Positions 17,032 through 24,581 of a stretch of DNA of 64,000 bases are shown here, in pieces. The stretch covers positions 897 through 64,896 of the forward strand of contig SUWT01000007.1 of NCBI GenBank assembly GCA_015061335.1, given 5' to 3'. Made by a program: the position numbers and the translations under genes. A model generated the notes under the pieces. The model was given only the letters and a program-made list of their open reading frames with translations. It had not been told where the DNA came from and searched no databases. The first letter of the stretch is position 1. Each line of letters opens with the position of its first letter. This DNA is from Lentimicrobiaceae bacterium. GTDB lineage: Bacteria > Bacteroidota > Bacteroidia > Bacteroidales > F082.

Positions 17032-18094
17032 ATTCTTACATATCAGTAAATCGTTTCAGGGTAAGGAGATTCTTCATGATGTGTCGTTGTCTGTCGAGGA
17101 AGGTCAGACGGTATGTATCATAGGAGCGTCAGGATGTGGTAAGACGACATTGTTACGTTGCATCGCAGGATTGGAAAGCAATCATCGCAGTCAGCTGTCG
17201 GCTGTCAGCTGTCAGCTAAAAGCTAAAATCGGTATGGTGTTCCAGAAATTCAATCTTTTTGAGAATATGAATGTATTGGATAATCTCACTTTTGCTCCTA
17301 TCCATGTTTTGAATATGAAGAAGGAAGATGCCGAACGTCTTGCGATGGAACATCTTAAGATGGTCGGCATGTCGGAGAGAGTCGCATATTATCCGAATCA
17401 GCTTTCGTCAGGACAGCAGCAGCGTGTCGCCATAGCACGATGTTTAGTGATGAAACCGGAGCTTCTGCTTCTCGACGAGCCGCTGTCATCTCTCGACCCT
17501 ATATCTCGCAGCGAGGTGATGGATGTCTTGCGTATAATAAAGAAAGATATAACAATGATAATGGTGTCGCACGACCTCGATGCCGTTGCTGAACTTGCAG
17601 ATCGCGTCATCTTTGTCAATAACGGCTCGATATGTGAAGAGGGAAAACCTGAGCAAATCTTGTCGTTACCTTTAAAAGAAGAGACACGGCATTTTATCAA
17701 CAGCCGGAAAAACCTTTTCTATACGATAAAGTCACATGACTTCGACCGTCCTGAACTTAATGCGCGTATCGAACACTATTGTAATAGATTCGGATTAGGC
17801 GGACAAGCGCATAGATTCGTACAGTTGGCAGTAGAAGAATCGCTTAATATCATACCTTTAGATAATAAAGTGGAACTCGTTTTGTCGAAGAAAAATGACG
17901 AGGTGAGAATGTCGTTGGATCTTACTTTTGATGATACAGGACATGATTGTCTTAATGAAGAAAATGTGTCGGAAGAGAATTTCTTAAGCCTCAATATCCT
18001 TCAAGGCTTATGCGATATAATAGAAGAGAAAGTAGAAAAAGATATGCGTCATATTCATCTTGAATTGAATCAAGAGAGACTGTTGTTGAGGTGA
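17024..18094 (+). CDS. ABC transporter ATP-binding protein with shortened beta-subdomain and C-terminal RsbW/GHKL-like (degenerate) domain
   Basis: Walker A GASGCGKT, Q-loop IGMVFQKF, signature LSSGQQQRV, Walker B LLLLDEP, H-loop VSHD. Only 17 aa lie between ..GLE and IGMVFQ, and they are encoded by a heptamer array. The C-terminal ~130 aa align to the kinase domain of the 19061 gene. Confidence 0.75.
   Translation: MIEFLHISKSFQGKEILHDVSLSVEEGQTVCIIGASGCGKTTLLRCIAGLESNHRSQLSAVSCQLKAKIGMVFQKFNLFENMNVLDNLTFAPIHVLNMKKEDAERLAMEHLKMVGMSERVAYYPNQLSSGQQQRVAIARCLVMKPELLLLDEPLSSLDPISRSEVMDVLRIIKKDITMIMVSHDLDAVAELADRVIFVNNGSICEEGKPEQILSLPLKEETRHFINSRKNLFYTIKSHDFDRPELNARIEHYCNRFGLGGQAHRFVQLAVEESLNIIPLDNKVELVLSKKNDEVRMSLDLTFDDTGHDCLNEENVSEENFLSLNILQGLCDIIEEKVEKDMRHIHLELNQERLLLR
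17192..17226 (+). repeat. intragenic heptamer array CAGCTGT CGGCTGT CAGCTGT CAGCTAA AAGCTAA
   Basis: Read directly from the sequence. It encodes ..QLSAVSCQLKAK.. inside the ATPase gene. The same unit family occurs at 22615-22677, 34395-34428 and 39438-39465. Confidence 0.9.
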
Positions 18095-18126
18095 TTGATA
18101 GTTGACAATTGACAATTAACAATTAA
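18093..18126 (+). repeat. heptamer array (GACAATT/AACAATT family) filling the intra-operon spacer
   Basis: TGATTGATAGTT GACAATT GACAATT AACAATT. It starts inside the TGA stop (18092-18094) and ends 2 nt before the ATG at 18129. Confidence 0.85.
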
Positions 18127-18128
18127 GG

Positions 18129-19064
18129 ATGAGAAAGATATTGTTTTTATTATTGATGTTTTTTATGATGATGGATGCTGTTGCTCAGCGGATAGTCTTC
18201 ACTCCGCAGTGGCTGCCTCAGAGTCAGTTTGCCGGTTATTACGTCGCGCAGGAAAAAGGATTCTATGAAGAGGTCGGTCTCGATGTCGTGATAGAACATG
18301 TGTCGGCTTCTGACTTTGCCATCAATCGTCTCAAGGAAGGAAAATGCGACGCCATCACCATGACGTTGTTCGACGCGATTGTCAATATCGACGCTGGCTT
18401 GGATATAGTCAATGTTCTACAGACGGCTATGCATACAGGTCTCGTTATCGTCCCTCGTAATAATGATATAAAGTCATTGGAGGATCTGCGTGATAAGCGT
18501 GTCGGGATTTGGCGAACTCATTACAACTATCTTTCTGAGATTATGGATAAAGACCATAACCTAAATATCGAATGGATACCTTTTGTACAAAGTATAAATC
18601 TTTATATCTCAGGTGCTGTCGATGCAACGATGGCGATGATTTATAACGAAGCATATCAGATTTATGCCTCAGGTTTTGAAGATGTTGAGTTTATCTCGCT
18701 TGCCGATTGCGGCTATGATTTCCCTGAAGAAGGAATATATTTTACAAAAGAATTCTATGAACAATATCCCGACAAGGCAAAAGCCTTTGCTCAGGCGTCG
18801 CGTCGTGGCTGGGAGTGGGCGCATCAGCATCCTGAAGAGACTCTCGACATCGTGATGAAAGTTGTTGAAGATAATAATATGCCCGCTGGTCGCCAGCATC
18901 AGGAATGGATGTTGAGAGAAGTCCTTAAACTTCAACTTGATAAAGATTTAAACATGCCAGCCTTCGAACTCAAGGAAGAGAAGATTAAACAGATTAATGA
19001 GTTGCTGTTAGAGAATAATCGTATCAAAAAAGCAGTGACAAAATCAAAGATTATAGGAGAATGA
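18129..19064 (+). CDS. NMT1/THI5-like (SsuA-type) periplasmic substrate-binding protein
   Basis: 311 aa with signal peptide MRKILFLLLMFFMMMDAVAQ. N-terminal motif FTPQWLPQSQFAGYYVAQEKGFYEEVGLDV is typical of this SBP class. Confidence 0.7.
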   Translation: MRKILFLLLMFFMMMDAVAQRIVFTPQWLPQSQFAGYYVAQEKGFYEEVGLDVVIEHVSASDFAINRLKEGKCDAITMTLFDAIVNIDAGLDIVNVLQTAMHTGLVIVPRNNDIKSLEDLRDKRVGIWRTHYNYLSEIMDKDHNLNIEWIPFVQSINLYISGAVDATMAMIYNEAYQIYASGFEDVEFISLADCGYDFPEEGIYFTKEFYEQYPDKAKAFAQASRRGWEWAHQHPEETLDIVMKVVEDNNMPAGRQHQEWMLREVLKLQLDKDLNMPAFELKEEKIKQINELLLENNRIKKAVTKSKIIGE

Positions 19065-21409
19065 CGATGAAACGTAAAAGAAATATATTGAATTCTTTGT
19101 CAACACGACTCAGTCTCTTCATATTGGCAGTCACAACATCATTGTTGATAACCATCGTTATTCTTAACTACAACTCATCGCGTAATCTCGTGAAAGAAGA
19201 ATCTATAGAGCGTGCGCAGTCGGTGCTCGACAATACTATCTTGCGAATCGACAATGTTCTGAACTCTGTAGAGACGGCGGTACATAATATCTCATGGACT
19301 GTGAAGGAGAATGTCGATAATCCGGAGTATATGTATGATGTGACAAAACGACTTATAGAAAGTGACGACTTTATTAGCGGTAGCGCCGTTGCTTTTGAAC
19401 CTGATTTCTATCCCGATAAAGGTCATTTCTATTCGCCTTATTCCTATCGTGACGGAGAAAAAATCGTAAGTAAACAACTTGGAAATCAGGATTACGACTA
19501 TCATTATATGGATTGGTATCAGATTCCAAAGCTGTTAGACAAGCCATATTGGAGCGAACCTTATTTCGATCAAGGTGGAGCCGATGTCATTATGACTACA
19601 TATTCATATCCTTTATATGACAGTGACGGAAAATTGTTCGCCATCATCACTGCCGACATCTCTTTGGAATGGTTCGCAGAACAGGTTAACTCTATCAAGA
19701 CTTATCCTAACTCGTTCAACCTGATGATTGGTCGTGGTGGAACGTATCTCGTTCATAAAGATACAAAAGCAATTCTGAATAAGACTATGTTTGAGGCAGC
19801 ATTGGCAAATGATGATGAAGTGATTTTCGAGACTGCTCACGAGATGGTAGAAGGTAAACGAGGAATGGCATATTTTGATTATGGTGAGAAATCGTATCTC
19901 TTCTATGCTCCTATTCAAGCGACGGGATGGTCGGTGGCAGTGACATGTTTGCAACAAGATATTTTCGCTAAAGTTGATGATATGAGAGCTCATGTCATGA
20001 TGGTGGCGATACCGGGATTGGTTTTGTTGGTGGTGTTATGTTATCTTCTTATTCGCTATATGATGAATCCTCTCAATGAGTTTGCTCTGTCGGCAATGGA
20101 GATAGCGAAAGGTAATTTCAAGGCTGAACTGCCAAAACGTAAGAAAAACTACGAGATGAGAACCCTGCATAACTCGTTCAGTTTTATGCAGAAGTCATTG
20201 CAGAATTATATTGACGAACTGCAACTCACGACGGTGAATAAAGAACGTATCGAGAGTGAGTTGCGTATCGCTCGCGACATACAGATGGGGATGGTTCCTA
20301 AGATTTTCCCTCCTTTCCCAAAACGCGATGACGTGGATTTATACGGTATGCTTATCCCCGCCAAAGAAGTAGGAGGCGACTTATACGACTTTTTTATCGA
20401 AGATGATAAGTTGCATTTCATTATCGGTGACGTCTCCGGAAAAGGTGTGCCCGCTTCATTGGTCATGGCTGTGACATGTCGTCTGTTCAGAACTGTAGCA
20501 TCGAGTGTTCACTCTCCTTCGCAGATAATAAATATATTGAACAACGCGATAGCAGAGTCTAACGAATCGAATATGTTCTGTACGGCTTTTGTCGGCGTAT
20601 TGGATCTGAGAACAGGACATCTGCAATATTGTAACGCTGGACATAATCCTCCTGTCGTCATAACATCTGAAGGAAAGACTTCTTTCTTGTCGGTGAAACC
20701 TAATCTCGCCATGGGACTTTGGGAAGGCTTTGAATATCAAGAACAAGAATGTGTGATAGAGAAAGGAACAAATATCTTCCTTTATACCGATGGCGTGAAC
20801 GAGGCGGAAAATATCACGAAAGAATTATATGGCGACGACAGATTGCTGCAATTCTTGTCGAGACATTTTAAGAGCAAACCTCGTAATATAGTTGAAGAAT
20901 TATATGACGACATTAAACTTCATTCGAAAGATGCTGAACAAAATGACGACATTACGATGCTGTGTTTTACCGTGCTTGAGGATCTGCCTAAATCAGATTC
21001 TTGTAAAAGACTCGTGATGCGTAACGATATAGCCGACATTGCTCTTATGGCGGAATTCATAGAAACATTATGCGATGAGAACCAACTTCCGATGGATGTT
21101 TGTTTCAACCTCAATCTCGCTCTGGAAGAAGCCGTATCTAACGTGATGAAATATGCCTATCCCGAAAATGAAACGCATGAGATTATGCTTACTGCAGACA
21201 TAAAAGACAATAGCATCATATTCGAGTTGAGCGATACGGGCAAGCCTTTTGATCCTACAGAAGTGGAAGATGCCGACGTGACTCTTTCTGCCGAAGAACG
21301 TCCTATCGGCGGATTAGGAATATTCCTCATAAGAAAGATAATGAAATCTGTGGCATATAAAAGAGATGGGAATAGGAATGTATTGACTATGATATTTACT
21401 TTAAACTGA
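19061..21409 (+). CDS. membrane sensor: dCache - HAMP - PP2C (SpoIIE/RsbU-type) phosphatase - RsbW-like anti-sigma kinase domain
   Basis: 782 aa with two TM segments flanking a Cache-like domain (YMDWYQIP..PYWSEPYFDQGG..YSYPLYDSDGKLFAIITADISLEWF). PP2C motifs GGDLYDF, GDVSGKGVPASL, AGHNPP, LYTDGVNEA, DDITMLC. GHKL motifs LEEAVSNVMKYA, SDTGKPFDP, GGLGIFLIRK. ATGA overlap with the upstream gene. Confidence 0.8.
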   Translation: MTMKRKRNILNSLSTRLSLFILAVTTSLLITIVILNYNSSRNLVKEESIERAQSVLDNTILRIDNVLNSVETAVHNISWTVKENVDNPEYMYDVTKRLIESDDFISGSAVAFEPDFYPDKGHFYSPYSYRDGEKIVSKQLGNQDYDYHYMDWYQIPKLLDKPYWSEPYFDQGGADVIMTTYSYPLYDSDGKLFAIITADISLEWFAEQVNSIKTYPNSFNLMIGRGGTYLVHKDTKAILNKTMFEAALANDDEVIFETAHEMVEGKRGMAYFDYGEKSYLFYAPIQATGWSVAVTCLQQDIFAKVDDMRAHVMMVAIPGLVLLVVLCYLLIRYMMNPLNEFALSAMEIAKGNFKAELPKRKKNYEMRTLHNSFSFMQKSLQNYIDELQLTTVNKERIESELRIARDIQMGMVPKIFPPFPKRDDVDLYGMLIPAKEVGGDLYDFFIEDDKLHFIIGDVSGKGVPASLVMAVTCRLFRTVASSVHSPSQIINILNNAIAESNESNMFCTAFVGVLDLRTGHLQYCNAGHNPPVVITSEGKTSFLSVKPNLAMGLWEGFEYQEQECVIEKGTNIFLYTDGVNEAENITKELYGDDRLLQFLSRHFKSKPRNIVEELYDDIKLHSKDAEQNDDITMLCFTVLEDLPKSDSCKRLVMRNDIADIALMAEFIETLCDENQLPMDVCFNLNLALEEAVSNVMKYAYPENETHEIMLTADIKDNSIIFELSDTGKPFDPTEVEDADVTLSAEERPIGGLGIFLIRKIMKSVAYKRDGNRNVLTMIFTLN

Positions 21410-21417
21410 CAAAAACT

Positions 21418-21717
21418 ATGGAATTAAAGATTCGTCAAGAAAATGCAGCGACTGTTGTTGAGATTATAGGTCGCTTAGATACTATCACAGCCCCTGACTT
21501 GGATGCAGCTGTGAAACCGCTTATCGTCGATGGAGTGGAGCTTATCTTCGATTGCGAGGGATTAGAATATATCAGCAGTTCGGGATTGAGAGTCGTCATC
21601 GCGACGCACAAACAGATGATGACATGCTCCGGAAAACTTATAATACGTCATCTCAATAGAGAGGTGAAATCGGTTTTTGACCTCACAGGATTTTCAAATA
21701 TCCTGAATATCTGTTAA
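21418..21717 (+). CDS. STAS-domain anti-sigma-factor antagonist (RsbV/SpoIIAA-like)
   Basis: 99 aa. Contains the conserved phosphorylatable serine context LEYISSSGLRVVI. Confidence 0.85.
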   Translation: MELKIRQENAATVVEIIGRLDTITAPDLDAAVKPLIVDGVELIFDCEGLEYISSSGLRVVIATHKQMMTCSGKLIIRHLNREVKSVFDLTGFSNILNIC

Positions 21718-21883
21718 CGGGAACGGGGATTGCGGGGACGGGATTTAGTAGAGACACACGGACGTGTATCTTAAATTGAAAATTCAGGTAGAGACGCGTC
21801 AATGACACCTTAAAAAAATAAACAAGATGTCATTGACACGTCTCAACTTATTCCCCGTTCCCCGCTCCCCGTTCCCCGCTCCC
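21716..21883 (+). repeat. composite intergenic element, copy 2: inverted CCCCGTT-type arrays bracketing a truncated and a full GTAGAGACG hairpin core
   Basis: Left array (AACGGGG-type) at 21716-21746. Mini core GTAGAGACACACG-GA-CGTGTATCT at 21748-21771. Full core arms GAGACGCGTCAATGACA (21791-21807) and TGTCATTGACACGTCTC (21828-21844). Right array TTCCCCG TTCCCCG CTCCCCG TTCCCCG CTCCC at 21851-21883. Confidence 0.9.
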
Positions 21884-21954
21884 AATGGTTATGAATTTGG
21901 CGGTGTAAAAATAAAAAAATGGCGGTGTAAATAAATTCGTATGACAAAAAGTAT

Positions 21955-21962
21955 TATCTTTG
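21955..21962 (+). promoter_or_regulatory. -7 box TATCTTTG
   Basis: Exact TAnnTTTG match 36 nt upstream of the ATG at 21999. Confidence 0.45.
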
Positions 21963-21998
21963 TTATTGAGGTTAAATCACTTTAAATAATAATGATTT

Positions 21999-22610
21999 AT
22001 GAAGAAAATACTTCTCCATATCACAATGATTCTGCTCGTGACTATCATGTCGTCGTGCAGAGCGGTTTGGGATATGGCGGTAATGCCTTTCGTGGAATAT
22101 GATATGGAAGAGACCGATATCAAATGGCCTAAATATTATCCCGATTGCGATTATCTTTCATTTAAAGTCGATTCATCGTTGCGAGACGTTCTGTTAAATG
22201 ACGAAAGATTTCGCACCTACAGATGGAAATTGAAATACGACGAACCGGCATCACCGATTCAGACCATCATGTTCGATAAAGACAAGAAGTGCTGCGGAGG
22301 ATACGAATTCTGTTACGGAAATGCGGAGATGCTCGATGTCTATGACGATGTTCCAATCTTTAAAAAGAACATTTACAACGACACCATCTTTGAGATTATC
22401 AGATTTGAAAACTACATCGAGTTGTTCGTTACAGACAAAGAGGACAAAGACGAAATCGTAAAGTCGTATCATGATTACGATTATCACATCATTGTCGTCT
22501 GGAGTTTTTACGGCGGCTATTACATGAAACGCCATCTTCGTCAAGTAAGAAATTACATCAAAAAGTTCAATGAAGAATATGATTTCAGGGTGATATATTT
22601 GGAAGTTTAG
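21999..22610 (+). CDS. lipoprotein, unknown function
   Basis: 203 aa, starting MKKILLHITMILLVTIMSSCRAV (lipobox). I recognise no family motif. Confidence 0.5.
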   Translation: MKKILLHITMILLVTIMSSCRAVWDMAVMPFVEYDMEETDIKWPKYYPDCDYLSFKVDSSLRDVLLNDERFRTYRWKLKYDEPASPIQTIMFDKDKKCCGGYEFCYGNAEMLDVYDDVPIFKKNIYNDTIFEIIRFENYIELFVTDKEDKDEIVKSYHDYDYHIIVVWSFYGGYYMKRHLRQVRNYIKKFNEEYDFRVIYLEV

Positions 22611-22614
22611 CAAA

Positions 22615-22708
22615 CAGCTGTCAGTATCTAAAGTCACATATTGCTGAAAGCTGATAGCTAAAAGCCAAAAGCTAAAAAAATCTGTTGTCCGTTGTCTGTA
22701 GTCTGTTG
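22615..22708. repeat. two adjacent heptamer arrays (CAGCTGT..GCTNAAA x9; TCYGTWG x4)
   Basis: 7-nt periodicity runs across 22615-22677 and ends GCTGAAA GCTGATA GCTAAAA GCCAAAA GCTAAAA. 22681-22708 reads TCTGTTG TCCGTTG TCTGTAG TCTGTTG. Confidence 0.8.
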
Positions 22709-22716
22709 ACTTTTTG

Positions 22717-22724
22717 TATATTTG
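22717..22724 (+). promoter_or_regulatory. -7 box TATATTTG
   Basis: Exact TAnnTTTG match 37 nt upstream of the lysS ATG at 22762. Confidence 0.5.
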
Positions 22725-22761
22725 CAACTTCCCGAAATGTAGATAAACAATTCAATATATT

Positions 22762-24483
22762 ATGTTAAGCGAACAAGAACAAATAAGAAGAAACTCCTTA
22801 AACGAGTTATACAAATTAGGTATCAATCCTTATCCACAGGCAGCTTTTGAAGTCAATGTCAACACTGCTCAGATTGCTGAAGAATTTGATGACAACGACT
22901 TGACAAAATTCGAGAACGTAAGCATAGGCGGTCGTATCATGAGCCGTCGTATCATGGGCGCAGCTTCGTTCTGCGAACTTCAAGATGCTCACGGTCGCGT
23001 ACAGATCTATATCAAACGTGACGAGATCTGTCCTGGCGAGGATAAGACTTTATATAACGTGGCTTTCAAACGTCTCTTAGACATCGGCGACTTCATCGGC
23101 GTTAAAGGTTTCGTCTTCCGCACACAAGCCGGCGAGGTGTCAATCCACGTAAAAGAATTGACAGTGCTCAGCAAGTCATTGCGTCCGCTTCCAATAGTGA
23201 AAGAGAAAGACGGCGTTGTCTATGACGCTTTCACAGATCCTGAACAACGCTATCGTATGCGTTACGTCGATTTGGTGGTTAACGAAAACGTGAAGAACAT
23301 CTTCATCGCTCGTACCAAAATCATCAACTCGATGCGTAACTTCTTCAACGAAAACGGATACTTAGAAGTAGAGACTCCGATATTACAATCTATCCCTGGC
23401 GGCGCTACAGCACGTCCTTTCATCACTCACCACAACGCTCTCGACATCCCGATGTATATGCGTATCGCTAACGAGCTTTACCTTAAACGTCTCATCGTAG
23501 GTGGTTTCGACGGAGTTTATGAGTTTTCACGTAACTTCCGTAACGAAGGTATGGACCGCACTCATAACCCAGAGTTCACATGTATGGAAATTTACGTCGC
23601 TTATAAAGACTACATCTGGATGATGGACTTCACAGAAAGAATGATAGAACGCGTCGTGACAGAAGTGTTCGGCACTGATACAGTGAAAGTCGGCGACAAT
23701 GAAATATGCTTCAAACGTCCTTTCAAACGTATCTCCATGATCGACTCTATCAAGGAAAAGACAGGCGTTGACATCACTGGCATGGACGAAGCTCAACTTC
23801 GTGAAGTATGTAAAAACCTCGATATTGAAATCGACGACACTATGGGTAAAGGCAAGTTGATTGACGAGATCTTCGGAGCAAAATGCGAAGGCACTTATAT
23901 CCAACCAACTTTCATCACCGACTATCCTGTCGAGATGTCGCCATTATGTAAACGTCACCGCGAGAATCCGGAACTCACAGAACGTTTCGAGTTGATGGTC
24001 AACGGCAAAGAACTCGCTAACGCATATACAGAGTTGAACGACCCTATCGACCAACGTGCTCGTTTCGAGGAACAGATGAAACTCTCGGAACGTGGCGACA
24101 ACGAAGCTATGTTCATCGACCAAGACTTCTTACGTGCTATGGAATATGGTATGCCTCCAACATCAGGTATGGGTATCGGCATCGACCGTCTCGTGATGTT
24201 GCTCACTGGTCAGCTCGCAATACAGGAAGTTCTTTTCTTCCCGACAATGCGTCCTGAAAAAGTCAAGAAAATAGCTACAGAACAAGACTTCATGGCAATC
24301 GGCGTCCCAGAGGTGTGGGCTGGCGTTTTGGTAAAAGCAGGTTATACTTCCATCGATATGATGAAGTCGGAGAAACCTGCTGCTCTCCGTGAGAAACTGA
24401 ACGGACTTCGTAAGAAAAACAAAATGGATGTCCCGGCTCTTCAGTTGGAGGAAGTGACACAATGGATTGAAGGTAACGAATAA
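22762..24483 (+). CDS. lysS: lysine--tRNA ligase (class II) with C-terminal extension
   Basis: 573 aa. OB-fold N-domain and class II motifs ([25 protein letters not shown]). About 70 extra aa at the C-terminus. Confidence 0.9.
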   Translation: MLSEQEQIRRNSLNELYKLGINPYPQAAFEVNVNTAQIAEEFDDNDLTKFENVSIGGRIMSRRIMGAASFCELQDAHGRVQIYIKRDEICPGEDKTLYNVAFKRLLDIGDFIGVKGFVFRTQAGEVSIHVKELTVLSKSLRPLPIVKEKDGVVYDAFTDPEQRYRMRYVDLVVNENVKNIFIARTKIINSMRNFFNENGYLEVETPILQSIPGGATARPFITHHNALDIPMYMRIANELYLKRLIVGGFDGVYEFSRNFRNEGMDRTHNPEFTCMEIYVAYKDYIWMMDFTERMIERVVTEVFGTDTVKVGDNEICFKRPFKRISMIDSIKEKTGVDITGMDEAQLREVCKNLDIEIDDTMGKGKLIDEIFGAKCEGTYIQPTFITDYPVEMSPLCKRHRENPELTERFELMVNGKELANAYTELNDPIDQRARFEEQMKLSERGDNEAMFIDQDFLRAMEYGMPPTSGMGIGIDRLVMLLTGQLAIQEVLFFPTMRPEKVKKIATEQDFMAIGVPEVWAGVLVKAGYTSIDMMKSEKPAALREKLNGLRKKNKMDVPALQLEEVTQWIEGNE

Positions 24484-24556
24484 TTCATAATGCATAATTC
24501 ATAATTTGTAGAGACGTGTCAATGTGTTTTAATTGCATGATACATTGACGCGTTTC
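24481..24556 (+). repeat. composite intergenic element, copy 3: (TAATTCA/TAATGCA)x4 - GTAGAGACG hairpin core
   Basis: The array TAATTCA TAATGCA TAATTCA TAATTTG (24481-24508) begins with the lysS TAA stop. Core arms are GAGACGTGTCAATGT (24511-24525) and ACATTGACGCGTTTC (24542-24556), with a 16-nt loop. Confidence 0.9.
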
Positions 24557-24581
24557 CATGATAAAAAATAATAATCACAAT

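Noticed and set aside
22251-22727. 158-aa minus-strand ORF
   Set aside because: It lies antisense to the lipoprotein gene and runs through the heptamer arrays and the lysS promoter box. The low-complexity translation makes it a likely artefact of AT-rich sequence.
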